Assembly: GCA_949388605.1 (NCBI GenBank)
Contig: CASKJV010000009.1
Location: forward strand, 1,213 to 65,212
Length of the DNA stretch: 64,000 nt
Source of the DNA: an uncultured Clostridia bacterium
Lineage (GTDB): Bacteria > Bacillota > Clostridia > TANB77 > CAG-508
Direction: 5' to 3'
Below are positions 32,759 to 45,453 of this stretch, piece after piece. The notes below the pieces were generated by a model. That model was not told where the DNA came from. It worked only from the letters and a program-made list of their open reading frames with translations, and ran no database searches. Position 1 is the stretch's first letter; every line of letters starts with the position of its first letter. The position numbers and the translations under genes are program-made.

Positions 32759-33451
32759 TCATTCTTTTTCTTTTTTTTCTTCTTTTTTAGATGTGGGATC
32801 ATAGGTTCTAAGTGTTCCATCAACATCATGCATCTCAGAAACGCTGTCATCACAATTGGAAAAATAAACATACATGACTAAAGTTTCTGGATCATAAAAA
32901 TTGTACTGAGTTGACCATACATTTTCAATGCCTTCCTCCAAAATTAATACTAATGTCTTAACTTCTGATTTTCCATCATAAATTCTTGGAGTACCATCAG
33001 CATTATGCATTTCTATTGGTCCATTTGAATTTGAAAAATAACTAAACAAAATCATTGTTACAGGGTCATAGTAAATATACTGTGTTACACCGCTATCCTC
33101 AATTTCTTCCTTTGAAATTAAAACAAGTGGTTTAACCTCTCTACTTGATTTTCCTGTTTTTTTCGGCTGATTTACCTTAGCAGATTCTGTTTTTTCGGAT
33201 TCTTTTGCTTCAGATGACTCAGTTTCAGTTTCAGAATTTTCTACCTTTTCAGATTCTTCTGTTTCATGTTCTTTTTCATCATCATCATTTTCCTCTTCTG
33301 TTTCATCATCGTCGCTTTCCTCTGTTTCATCTTCTTCATAGTCCTCAATGTACTTACTGTCATGAGCTTCATCCTCACATCCTGTTAAGAAACAAGATAA
33401 ACCTAACATCATGAGGGCAACAATAGTTACAAGTATTTTTTTTCTCCGCAT
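32759..33451 (-). CDS. Lipoprotein with acidic linker and two copies of the same domain
   Basis: Lipobox LTGC; D/E-rich tract; YYDPVTM..MHNADGTPRIYD and FYDPETL..MHDVDGTLRTYD. Confidence 0.75.
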   Translation of the reverse strand: MRRKKILVTIVALMMLGLSCFLTGCEDEAHDSKYIEDYEEDETEESDDDETEEENDDDEKEHETEESEKVENSETETESSEAKESEKTESAKVNQPKKTGKSSREVKPLVLISKEEIEDSGVTQYIYYDPVTMILFSYFSNSNGPIEMHNADGTPRIYDGKSEVKTLVLILEEGIENVWSTQYNFYDPETLVMYVYFSNCDDSVSEMHDVDGTLRTYDPTSKKEEKKEKE

Positions 33452-33752
33452 ATATACATCCTCCTTGTTTTGATTAAAAAACGCATTATAAATATATTAT
33501 ACTACAAATTTACATAAAAATCAAATTTAATAAGTAAAATATTCATATTATAAAAATCTTTTTAATTATATCCAAATATAATCAACTTAACTAATAAATA
33601 ATTGGGTACAATTTTATTTTTAGATTAAATATTCTATAACATAAAATTACTATTAATATGTCTAATTTGTAGTAAATCATTTTTTAATTTATCATCCTGA
33701 TATTTCAAATTTCTGTTATTAGTCATCTTTTATAATTTTCATTATTAAAATT

Positions 33753-34217
33753 TTAATATTTCATTTTCTTAGCATATGTATCATCAACAAAGCCAAACTT
33801 CTCATACATTTTCATAGCAATTGGATTTTTTGTACTTAAAGTAAATTTTTTTATTCCCTTTTCTTTTCCTAATTCAATACACTTCTCAAATACCTTTTTT
33901 TGATATCCTTTTTTTCTATATTCTTCTTTGGTATAAACACTAGTAATATAACCAACTTTGCAACTTAAATCATCTGCCTGAGGAAAATATTTAAAAATAG
34001 TAAGTCCACAAATTGAAACTAATTCTTTATTAACATACACACCATACATAAATAAGTCTTTATTTATATTTTCTTTCAAAAATTCTCTTGTCTTATCTTC
34101 TAATATTTTTTCTTCAATACCTAGATTATTTTCAAAGTCAACTTTTTGTAAAGATATTCTTAATGGAATTATATCTTCTATATTTTCATTATTTAATTGT
34201 TTTATATTAATATTCAT
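33753..34217 (-). CDS. GNAT N-acetyltransferase
   Basis: GYITSVYTKEEYRKKG, MYEKFGF; AGGAGG RBS before ATG 34217. Confidence 0.85.
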   Translation of the reverse strand: MNINIKQLNNENIEDIIPLRISLQKVDFENNLGIEEKILEDKTREFLKENINKDLFMYGVYVNKELVSICGLTIFKYFPQADDLSCKVGYITSVYTKEEYRKKGYQKKVFEKCIELGKEKGIKKFTLSTKNPIAMKMYEKFGFVDDTYAKKMKY

Positions 34218-34474
34218 ATTACTCCTCCTTATATTTTTTAGTGTATCAAACATTATATATTTTTGTAAAGTATAAAGACTAAAACTAATTAAAAAAACTT
34301 TTTTATAATTGGTTAATTTTACTTGAAAATATAGCTCTACTAAATATATAATATATTTAAATCCGCAAAAAAAGATTATTTTTAAGTATAAAAACTTTAA
34401 GTAAACATTTTGTTTCGTACAATTAAAAATCAATATATCTTATAGTTATAGAATAGTAGGAAAGGAAAGTAACA

Positions 34475-35020
34475 ATGAAACTAAGAATAAAAAAATATAT
34501 GACTTTAGATGATATCTCCAAATATTTATATCCTGTAAAAGAATATGTACAAGAAAAAATTAATAATAATATGTTTGATGATTGGAATGAGTATACTCAT
34601 TCTATAAAATGGCTAAAATCATGTCTTGACTTAATATCTAAAAATTCTGATAGTATATTAGATATTTATTATCTTGAAGATAAAGGAACAATAATAGGAG
34701 TTATATTTGCTTTATCTGGCAATAAAAATATATTAGATTTTCTAAATGAAAATAATGTTGAAACTAATTCTAAAAAAGTAGCACAACTTAGCTCTTTTCA
34801 TATATTAAAGGATTATAGAGGAATAGGCAAAAAATGGCTTCAAAATGAAGTTTTAAAAGATCTAAAAAATCAAGGAATTGAAGAAGTATATATAAAATCT
34901 AGTCATAACAAAGCTTTAGATTTATATAATAGCCTAGGAACTTTAGTAGGTAATTATATGGGGATTAGTGATTCTAAGTTATATCAAAGATATGGCTATA
35001 TTTATAAAATAGATTTATAG
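34475..35020 (+). CDS. GNAT-like acetyltransferase
   Basis: FHILKDYRGIGK, NKALDLYNSLG. Confidence 0.7.
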   Translation: MKLRIKKYMTLDDISKYLYPVKEYVQEKINNNMFDDWNEYTHSIKWLKSCLDLISKNSDSILDIYYLEDKGTIIGVIFALSGNKNILDFLNENNVETNSKKVAQLSSFHILKDYRGIGKKWLQNEVLKDLKNQGIEEVYIKSSHNKALDLYNSLGTLVGNYMGISDSKLYQRYGYIYKIDL

Positions 35021-35040
35021 TATAGCCTCAAATATTTTAA

Positions 35041-35586
35041 TTAATAGCCCCAAAAATTTTCACTTACTTTCCACTCCCTTAATGTATAATGATAAGAATC
35101 TATTCCTTCTTTTACATATTTAAATCCATGTTTTTCATATAATTCGTTTAGTTTTTTATTTGAGCTTAAGCAATCCAATCTTAAATAATCTTTTTTATTT
35201 ATTTTTGTAATGCTTTTAGCGATTTTAAATATTTCATTGCCTATATTTTTATAACCTACTTTAGATACTACTTTATATAAGTAATAAGCATTTGATTTAT
35301 TATCATCCCAAAAATGGCTATCTGTAGATATTTCAAATCCTGCAATTATCTCATTCTCTTTTCTTAAAATATAATAGTCACCTTTTTCAATTACTTGAGC
35401 AAATTGTTCTTTAGGATGATTTGTTAAATATTTACTCCATTGCTTTATGCCCTTTAATTTAAACCAAAGCATTCTTTCTTTATATAATTTTAAAATATTA
35501 TCTAATTCTTTAATATTAGCTTTTTCAAATATAATATTTTTTTGTAACAATACTGTACTATTTATTTTATCTATTAAATCATGCAT
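35041..35586 (-). CDS. GNAT N-acetyltransferase
   Basis: GIKQW, YLRLDC...NKKL..LYEKHGF. Confidence 0.8.
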   Translation of the reverse strand: MHDLIDKINSTVLLQKNIIFEKANIKELDNILKLYKERMLWFKLKGIKQWSKYLTNHPKEQFAQVIEKGDYYILRKENEIIAGFEISTDSHFWDDNKSNAYYLYKVVSKVGYKNIGNEIFKIAKSITKINKKDYLRLDCLSSNKKLNELYEKHGFKYVKEGIDSYHYTLREWKVSENFWGY

Positions 35587-35630
35587 TTTTAATTCCTTCC
35601 TTTTTAATATTTTTTAGTAATATCATAAAA

Positions 35631-36476
35631 TTATATTTTTAATTTTCCACAGCCTATTTTCATAGGTTTATTTTTTAGTAATTGCTGTTTTAATAATCTT
35701 TGTAAAGAAGTATCTTCTACTAAATCGTTATAATTACTGCATTCTTGTACATTAAAAACAAAATTTAATATATTTTTAGTTGCATCCAGACCATCTTTTA
35801 CCTCAAATAAATCATAAAATCTTGCAATGTTTGAATCTTTATCTATAATATCTCTTATCTGATTACTTAACAACCAAGAATCACATCTATATTCTGGCTC
35901 TTTTATATTAAAGTATCTTTTAATTTCTTGCCTTGAGTTTTTAATTGATTCTAATACTTGATCTATTTGTAATTTTTCTCCAGATGGTATATGTATTTTA
36001 ATATAATTTCCACGTTTCTCATATTGTAATCTTCCAACTTCTATTAATTTAGTATTAATAAAATATGCTGCCCAAATCATCTGTGAAATTCTAATACCTT
36101 CTAATTTTCTAACAAAAATATCATTCGTTAGTGTTTCTCTAACTCTTTTTTTATATAATTCTTTTTCCTCCCTATTATATTTTTTTAGTTTCATATTTTG
36201 GCAATGTATTTCATAGCCATATAATACTAAGATATTGGTTATATAAGGATTAAATTGTTCACCAAAAAGCTCAACCATATTTTGCCTTTCCCAAAGAGTA
36301 TCAAGCATAAATGTTTTATCAGTATATAATATATTATAAATTTTTTCTGCTTTATTATTAAAATCTTTTGTTTCATTAACATCTTTTATACATTTATAAC
36401 ATTTATTTTTATAATTATTATCACTTATCTTATAATATTTTAGAGCATTTTCAATCACAGATAACTCAAATTTCAT
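35631..36476 (-). CDS. Acyltransferase-domain protein (DUF5596/GNAT-like C-terminal type)
   Basis: GRLQYE, IHIPSG, CDSWLL, SNIARF, TSLQR motifs. Confidence 0.7.
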   Translation of the reverse strand: MKFELSVIENALKYYKISDNNYKNKCYKCIKDVNETKDFNNKAEKIYNILYTDKTFMLDTLWERQNMVELFGEQFNPYITNILVLYGYEIHCQNMKLKKYNREEKELYKKRVRETLTNDIFVRKLEGIRISQMIWAAYFINTKLIEVGRLQYEKRGNYIKIHIPSGEKLQIDQVLESIKNSRQEIKRYFNIKEPEYRCDSWLLSNQIRDIIDKDSNIARFYDLFEVKDGLDATKNILNFVFNVQECSNYNDLVEDTSLQRLLKQQLLKNKPMKIGCGKLKI

Positions 36477-36798
36477 TAAATTGTTCCCTTTCTTATAAAT
36501 TCATAAAAATTATATTACTAATCTTCTGGATGTGTTTATAAACAGTAATATATGTTTTTGCATATTTATCATTTATGATATTTTTATTTCAATTCTTGCA
36601 ATTTTTATTCTTTTCTTTTTTATAATTATATAATAACAATTAGCATATCTCAATAAATTTTATTGCATTTATTAAATTTTATGTAAAGTTATGGTATAAT
36701 TATTAATATCAAGGTCATTGAACCAAGCATGAACTTCTTGACAGCACGGGTATCAATCAAAGTAGAAAGCAATTAAATAATTGCAAGGAGGTAAAATT

Positions 36799-37047
36799 AT
36801 GTTTAAATTATTTCGTAGGCCTGAAACAGACCAACAGATTAAGGAACGAGTATTAAAATTATGCAAAAAGGGTGATTACGACATATGTCCACCATCCATG
36901 AATGCAAATGTTGCAATTAACGAATTGAAAAACTTTTTCCTTGGCGAAGACTGGTATGTAGTTATGCCTATCGAACATGAACAGGTTATTACAGAAATCG
37001 TATACGCCATTGAAACAAAATACAAAAGATTAAAAGTAAAAAAATAA
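36799..37047 (+). CDS. Hypothetical protein (solitary orphan gene)
   Basis: AAGGAGG RBS, promoter 36672-36700, terminator ~37085-37130. Confidence 0.65.
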   Translation: MFKLFRRPETDQQIKERVLKLCKKGDYDICPPSMNANVAINELKNFFLGEDWYVVMPIEHEQVITEIVYAIETKYKRLKVKK

Positions 37048-37568
37048 TGCATTTTTACGTGAAAGCTCATTAATGAATGAAATTTAAAAAGACAAAGCTG
37101 ATATTTCAATATATCGCTTTGTCTTTTTAAATTAATCTCTACTTACATTCGGCACGTCCTTTTCGAGTCCCATTTTTTTTTATAATTAAAATAAAAAAAA
37201 CAATAGTTTAAGTCTCTACTGTTTTTTTGGTGCCCAAGCTAGACACGTTTGCGAAATCTAGTTGGCAAAAAATATCTATTTTCAACTCTTAATTATAGTC
37301 ATATCAATAGTTTGTAAGAATTATATCTACAAACTCGTTTTTTGACTATATTTAATGTAACATAAAATAATAAAAATTACAATAGCTAAATCAAAAATAA
37401 TATTTCTCAAAAATTTGTTTTGTTCGCTTGTATTTTATCTAATAATATTGTATAGTTGTAGACATAGAAAATGAGAATAAGCGGAGTGTGTTGCCACCTT
37501 TGACAGCTTAGTGTTTACAAAAACCTCCACAACTTAGTTTGTGAGATTGAATATAGGAGGTGGTTAAT

Positions 37569-37682
37569 ATGGTAGAATCAGCATTAATAATTATTACATA
37601 TCTACTTTTCTACGGATTAGTAGCAATGACTATCATAAATGTTGCCTTGTTAATCATCATCTGTTGGTTACTTCATAGGTAA
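37569..37682 (+). CDS. Type I toxin-like 37 aa hydrophobic peptide (not in ORF track)
   Basis: AGGAGGT RBS; MVESALIIITYLLFYGLVAMTIINVALLIIICWLLHR; promoter TTGTAT-17-TATAGT 37428-37456. Confidence 0.8.
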   Translation: MVESALIIITYLLFYGLVAMTIINVALLIIICWLLHR

Positions 37683-37683
37683 T

Positions 37684-37767
37684 AAAAAATAAACCATTCT
37701 GCTTTGGCGAGTGAAATGGTTTATTAAACATATTCTCGGCAACACACTTTGTGTTACTCATTTTCTA
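37684..37767 (-). ncRNA. Putative antisense antitoxin RNA
   Basis: Perfect TTGACA-17-TATAAT on minus strand (37801-37773) firing into the toxin 3' UTR; hairpin 37688-37725 followed by T-run on minus strand. Confidence 0.65.
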
Positions 37768-37826
37768 TCTTTATTATACAGACATTTTTTTATTTTGTCA
37801 AATGCTAATTTTTTCTTTTATCATTT

Positions 37827-38612
37827 TTATTGGTCTTGAATATCAAGTTCTTCTTCTATTCTTTTTTTCTTTTTATTTAATACTTTAAGTATAAAATCAT
37901 CGTAATCTTCTTTTGGATATAATTCCTTTTTTTCCGTTTTTTTATTACCACTAATACCAGTTAATGCTTTTGCCAAATTAGAAATCCATCCAGTATCAGT
38001 AGTATATGTAAGTTCAGAGTATAATATTTTTAAATGCTTTAAATGTTTTTCTAGTGAAATATCTTTATTTTTTGGTATTTTACAAGCATTTAATTTTCTA
38101 TCTATTATTTTTTCTATTTGGTAGTTATTAGCTCTTCTACTTTCAGTCCCCGTTCTTATATATATTTCTCCATCTTTTATATCATTTCCATCTTTACAAC
38201 ATACATATGGTAAATTTTTGGGATTATCTTTTATTATTAATATTTGAAATTTTCTATTTTCCATTGCTTTATACTCAGAAGATTCATATTTAAAATCTTT
38301 AATTAAATACTCTAATGAATCAGGAATTATTCCTTTTATTCCTTCTTTTAATTTAGCTGGATCTTTTAAACTTTTTAAGCCACATATACCGAATGAACCA
38401 TCTCCATTTTGTTCAACACCTAATATAATGCAGCCTCCACCAGAATTTGCCATTGCTAGTATATGCTTTGACATTTTTTCATTTGACTCCCATTCTTTTT
38501 TAAAGTCTAAATAATCTTCTTCCCCCATATGGTTTTGTAATAGTTCTCTAAAATTTTCTAATGTAGGTTCTTTTAGTACTTTATATAAATCATCTTTATT
38601 TAAATCTTTCAT
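37827..38612 (-). CDS. Schlafen/AlbA_2-domain protein
   Basis: GEEDYLDFKKEW, AMANSGGGCIILGV, IYIRTG. Confidence 0.85.
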   Translation of the reverse strand: MKDLNKDDLYKVLKEPTLENFRELLQNHMGEEDYLDFKKEWESNEKMSKHILAMANSGGGCIILGVEQNGDGSFGICGLKSLKDPAKLKEGIKGIIPDSLEYLIKDFKYESSEYKAMENRKFQILIIKDNPKNLPYVCCKDGNDIKDGEIYIRTGTESRRANNYQIEKIIDRKLNACKIPKNKDISLEKHLKHLKILYSELTYTTDTGWISNLAKALTGISGNKKTEKKELYPKEDYDDFILKVLNKKKKRIEEELDIQDQ

Positions 38613-38758
38613 AATATTTCTCCATTTGTTGTATTTTTGCTAATTTAATATTTTTATTTAGTATTATTGTTTTTTATCTGTATCTTGCTCAGCATTTTTT
38701 TGCAATAAATTGTTAAAACATTTTGTTTTTTATATACATCTTTTCTTCCTATCATCAT

Positions 38759-40120
38759 CTAGCTTAAAATTATATTATATTTATCTTCATAATCATGATA
38801 AGTGTTATCTATTTCATCATATATCAATTGCAAATTATCTAATAATTTATTATTAATATATGCTTCTTTTAATTGTGGTTTTTGCATTATCATCCATTTT
38901 AATTGCTTGTATGAGTATTTTGCAAAAGTTAACCATTCGGGATAATTAATTGCCAAAGGATTTTTTTTGAAATATATTTTTCCTGCATTTACAGAACAAG
39001 CAATAGAATGACTTATAAATAGCATTGTACATAATTTTGGATTTTTTGTTCTATCTAATGAAAATGGAATTGAATCTTTAATTGTATTACCCTCATATAT
39101 TTTCTTTAATGAATAGCTTATTCTTACTATTGCTTCAATTAACATTGTTGGAATTGAAGATGAACAAAAATGGATAAAATCATATCCCTCATAATACATT
39201 CCTTGAACAATTTCAGCTATTGTCTGTTCTTCTTTATCTATATCCCCGAATTGAAATAAATTAAAAACACTCATGAATGGAGCAGGCAAACCCATAGATG
39301 TTGTAACATCTGATTTAAAATGTATTATCTGTTTAGTTACTGCTTCAAATATATCTTTTTCTTTTCTATCATTATAACTATCAATAACTTGTGATACAAT
39401 CTTTCCTTTTTTATCTATAGATGTCATTGTACCATTTAAAATATCAAATACACCAAATAATAATCCTAAAAATGGATCATGTCCTAAAGTTAAGAGTCTA
39501 TGATAATACGCAGATAGGCCTTCTACTTTTATATGTGTATTTCTATTATCTTGAGCATCATAAGGAACCTTACTTATTTTTGAGTTAGCTAATTCTTCCA
39601 TATCTGCTTCTGGAAACTCTTTTTCAAACCAATTACGAACATAATTAGATAGTTTACCTGCTTTTAATCCATTTGTAGTTCTATGTGGTATTCCTATTAA
39701 TAGTATATCTATAACTGCTGATAGCAATCCTGCAAATACACTAATAGCTATTTCAGTATTATCTAATTTATACAATGCTTTATATTCATTATTTAAATTA
39801 ACAATAGCGACTTCATTTGAAGTCAATTCTTCAGTGGTAAACAAATCATATATAGATACATTTTCTTTTATTTCTTCTGAAGCTTCCTTACACATATCTT
39901 CCCAAGTTGGAACAATAATTGTTTTTTTCTTATTTATTATACTTAAATTATTGTAATTTGCATAATACCCAATATCTTTTAACATATTTTCTGTGTTAGA
40001 TATAGTCTCTTCTAATTTTGCTTTATTTATACTTTTTATATTATCTAGCTCTTTTTCTTGATATTTCAACACTTTATTAATATTTGTTTCATTATTTATA
40101 TTAGACTGCTTTTTCTTCAC
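38759..40120 (-). CDS. Hypothetical membrane-associated cargo protein
   Basis: 453 aa; hydrophobic segments; VPYD, HRLLTLGHDP, SDVTTSMGLP, NPLAINY motifs; overlaps upstream gene by 20 nt. Confidence 0.7.
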   Translation of the reverse strand: MKKKQSNINNETNINKVLKYQEKELDNIKSINKAKLEETISNTENMLKDIGYYANYNNLSIINKKKTIIVPTWEDMCKEASEEIKENVSIYDLFTTEELTSNEVAIVNLNNEYKALYKLDNTEIAISVFAGLLSAVIDILLIGIPHRTTNGLKAGKLSNYVRNWFEKEFPEADMEELANSKISKVPYDAQDNRNTHIKVEGLSAYYHRLLTLGHDPFLGLLFGVFDILNGTMTSIDKKGKIVSQVIDSYNDRKEKDIFEAVTKQIIHFKSDVTTSMGLPAPFMSVFNLFQFGDIDKEEQTIAEIVQGMYYEGYDFIHFCSSSIPTMLIEAIVRISYSLKKIYEGNTIKDSIPFSLDRTKNPKLCTMLFISHSIACSVNAGKIYFKKNPLAINYPEWLTFAKYSYKQLKWMIMQKPQLKEAYINNKLLDNLQLIYDEIDNTYHDYEDKYNIILS

Positions 40121-40646
40121 TAATATTCAAATCCTTTCTTAAATCCGTTATTGCTTTGGTTAACATAATATTTAAACTTTGAAGATAATCTAGTCTTTTT
40201 TGATTTGCATTTGTTTCTTCATTTAAAGATTGAATTATTGCTTGGTGTTTTCTTAATGCTTCTTGGTATAATCTTTCTTTTTCTTGCTTAAGTTGTTTAT
40301 TTTTTAAATGAGTAGTAATTCCAACTCCAGTAGCTGCTAGCCCTGCAATTGGTGCAGCAAGTACAAATATTCCTGCAACCATTCCACCTCCAATAATCCC
40401 TCCTGCTACAGCTAATCCAGAAGTTATGCCAGCAGCTGAAAGTCCAACTGTTCCAAGTCCATATAGAGCTGTAAATGAAACTATTCCTCCTATTCCTGCT
40501 CCTAATGCTCCAGTTAAAACCTCGGGAATTGCACTTTCACTTATTGTTCTAGTTTTATCATTTAAAGCATTTGCAGCTTCATTAACTACATTTACAATTG
40601 GTTGTAATGATTCTATATTTTTATAAATCATATCTTTTTTATTCAC
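40101..40646 (-). CDS. Glycine-zipper TM + coiled-coil cargo protein
   Basis: GLSAAGITSGLAVAGG..GGGMVAG hydrophobic hairpin then coiled coil; GTG start. Confidence 0.7.
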   Translation of the reverse strand: MNKKDMIYKNIESLQPIVNVVNEAANALNDKTRTISESAIPEVLTGALGAGIGGIVSFTALYGLGTVGLSAAGITSGLAVAGGIIGGGMVAGIFVLAAPIAGLAATGVGITTHLKNKQLKQEKERLYQEALRKHQAIIQSLNEETNANQKRLDYLQSLNIMLTKAITDLRKDLNISEEKAV

Positions 40647-40773
40647 TATTATTTCCTACTTTCTTATTACAAAATTTCTATTTATTTGTTTGCAATACTA
40701 TATGCTTGTACAGATAAATAATATCATAAATTAGTGTTTTTTTCAACAAATTTGCAAAACAAGATAGAATAAT

Positions 40774-42064
40774 CTACCTTGCTTTGTTTCTGTCTTTTTT
40801 ATTCTTTTCCTGTTCTTTCTCAAATTGTTCTTTTTCTTGTTCTATTTGCTCGTGTAATTGAACTTGCCTAATTTTGTCTACTCTTTGCACTATATTATTA
40901 CAAAGTCTTATCTCTTCTGCTAGTGGAGTAATTTGCTTTGAAATTTCTATAATTTCATTTTCTATTGCTTGCTTTTCTTCATTTGTTTTGGCTCTTTTAT
41001 GCTTCTTCCAAAGATTTTCTCTTTTACTTTTTAATGGATTTGCTCTTTCATAAGCAGATTTCTCAAAATCAAGTAATTCTTGCTCTGTATTTATATTATA
41101 TCTTGCTAAAAATTTTGCTTGATTAAAATACTCGTCCATTTTCTTAATCTCTGCTATTAGTTCTGGTGTTATTTTCGTTATATTAGATTTTAAGGAACTT
41201 TCTGTATTGATTCCGAATAATTTCTCATATTGATATATAAGATAGCCAATAGAGCCTTTATTTTGATAATGTCTTTCTTTCTGTTTATTGTAATTTTCAT
41301 AAGCTCTAGTAATCAGTATCATAGGATTAGAAGAATAGGTGTATAATGGTTGTGTTTCTAATATTCTCTTGTATATATTTTCTTTTGAGTATTTGTTACC
41401 AAATTGCCTTTCAATTCTTGTGTTTCTTTTGTATGGATCACGCCTTATAGATAAAGTATTATTTTTATCTGTAACTACATAGCCTAAATCTTGTAGTATA
41501 TTTATAAACTCATTATAATTTTGGGTATTTACTATTGCATAATCAATAGAATCTTTCATTAGTTCTTTGTATAAACTACTTGTAGCATATTTATTGTATT
41601 TTTCTTCTTGTGATAATACATTTAAGCCATATTCTTCGCAAAGTCTGTCTGATGTTTTCCTCATAATAGCATAATCCTTTTTCGTATTTGAAAACCTCTT
41701 ACCATCTAAAAAGGAAACAGAGTTTAGTACAAAATGGTTATGCAAATTATCTGTGTTCAAATGTGTGGTAACTACTACTTGAAATTTATCTCCCCATAAT
41801 TCTTTAGCTAGTTTCATACCAATTTCATGTACTTGTTCTGGGGTTATTTCTCCTTTTACAAAAGATTGTACTGCGTGGAAACATTGTATTCCATCTGTTT
41901 TGAAAAATTGCTTTTTTACATTTATCATTTCTTGATATGATGTATCAGGCATACAATTTATACCTGATACATATAATTTTTCTTCTGTTTTTTCTCCGAT
42001 TTACTGCATAGTTTATTGTAATATCTAATCTGTCTTTCACTTTCCATATTTTTGTTACTGCCAT
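40774..42064 (-). CDS. MOB-P-type relaxase, split by a +1 frameshift at CGG (41998-41996)
   Basis: MAVTKIW...INYAVN + GEKT...VSGINC..., HAVQSF, VTTHLNTDNLHNHFV (HUH); 429 aa when joined. Confidence 0.85.
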
Positions 42065-42070
42065 AATACA

Positions 42071-42418
42071 TTACCACCCACTAACATTTTTACTTTTTTG
42101 TGGTATGAGATAAACTTCTTCTAATGCTATTAAAAAGTTTTGTATTTGATTATATAATTCTGCATATTTATTTTCATTTACATAGCCTTTATACTGATTA
42201 TAGATTCTTGACATTTGATTTAAGTTCGTTGCCATACCACGAAGTTGTGCAAGTATCTCATAAAATTTTTCATCTGGTTTTTCTTTTAGCTGATAATCTA
42301 AAATTATTTTCCTAAAGAACTCTGATTTATTTAATCCAGACTTTCTTACTTTCTCATTTAATATTCTATTTTCTTCTTCATTCAAAAAGATATTTATTTT
42401 TATATTTCTGTTTCTTAT
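42071..42418 (-). CDS. mobC: MobC relaxosome accessory protein
   Basis: RHH-like RNRNIKINIFLNEEE...SGLNKSEFFR and NLNQ motif; frame open to an ATA at 42418 (track uses TTG 42385). Confidence 0.8.
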   Translation of the reverse strand: MRNRNIKINIFLNEEENRILNEKVRKSGLNKSEFFRKIILDYQLKEKPDEKFYEILAQLRGMATNLNQMSRIYNQYKGYVNENKYAELYNQIQNFLIALEEVYLIPQKSKNVSGW

Positions 42419-42444
42419 AATTTCTCATCTCACTTTCTTTTTTT

Positions 42445-42515
42445 GTATTAGGGCTTGGGATTTGTCCCATTCCTTACTGTATTTGTGGCGTGAGTACAAA
42501 TACGTTGCTTGCTAA
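42445..42515. promoter_or_regulatory. Candidate oriT
   Basis: Intergenic just upstream of mobC; inverted repeats GGGA.TTTG.TCCC and GTATTTGT...ACAAATAC next to TTGCTTGCT. Confidence 0.45.
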
Positions 42516-42601
42516 ATCAATATTTTTAGGTTGTACTCACACTTCCTTTTTACTGATTATCCTTAATTTACTGAAAATTCGCTATAAATTAGGATAAAAT
42601 T

Positions 42602-42979
42602 TTATACATAAATTAACTCATTATATATGATTTCTTCTGCTTGTGCTTTAATAGAATTCATTGCTGCTACCCAAGATAATTGATTTTTTACTTTTAATTC
42701 TTCTGTAATATTTTCTTTTTTTACTAACTCATTTATCATAAAATCTAATCTATTTTGAGCTGTTTCTTGTATTTCTTTTAAGTGATTATTAAATGTTCCT
42801 TTTGTAAACATTATCATATATTCTGCTTTCTTATTTGTTTTTAGATAGTTTAATCTTGCTCTGCCATATTTGTTTAGTGCTATTTTCTCTTTTTCTAATA
42901 CTAGATTTGGCATAAAATAGTCGCCTTGTTTTGTGTATTCAATTCCATATTTATTTTCTTTTATTTCTTTATTTTCCAT
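42602..42979 (-). CDS. TnpV family protein
   Basis: Y...GDYF.PNL, KYGRARL.YLK, ITEELK..NQL.WV..MN.IKAQAEEII..ELIY. Confidence 0.9.
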   Translation of the reverse strand: MENKEIKENKYGIEYTKQGDYFMPNLVLEKEKIALNKYGRARLNYLKTNKKAEYMIMFTKGTFNNHLKEIQETAQNRLDFMINELVKKENITEELKVKNQLSWVAAMNSIKAQAEEIIYNELIYV

Positions 42980-43005
42980 TTGTTTTTACCTCCAACATTT
43001 ATTTT

Positions 43006-44836
<1,831 letters not shown>

Positions 44837-45027
44837 TCTATAAATATTCCTCCTTCCAAATTATGAATAGAAAGGCAACTAAAAAAGTGCCACATAGCAT
44901 AGGTTTGGCTATTAGCACTTTAGAGTTTTATATTTATTATTAACTATCTCTATAATTCTCTTAAAAAACACAAATAAACCAATATAGTATAATTTTTTAA
45001 AACTCTAAAATGTTTTGCCGTTTTCTC

Positions 45028-45337
<310 letters not shown>

Positions 45338-45453
45338 TCAAAAAAAGTCCAACTCATAAGAGTTGGACTAAGATTTTTGTGTTCATCAAATTTTTTATAG
45401 TCTTAAAATCAAGTTATATCAAGACTTTCAAAAAGTTCGACGGAAATTGTCTG

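Noticed and set aside
33230-33345. Tandem TCA/TCT-rich repeats
   Set aside because: Encodes the acidic low-complexity linker of a lipoprotein
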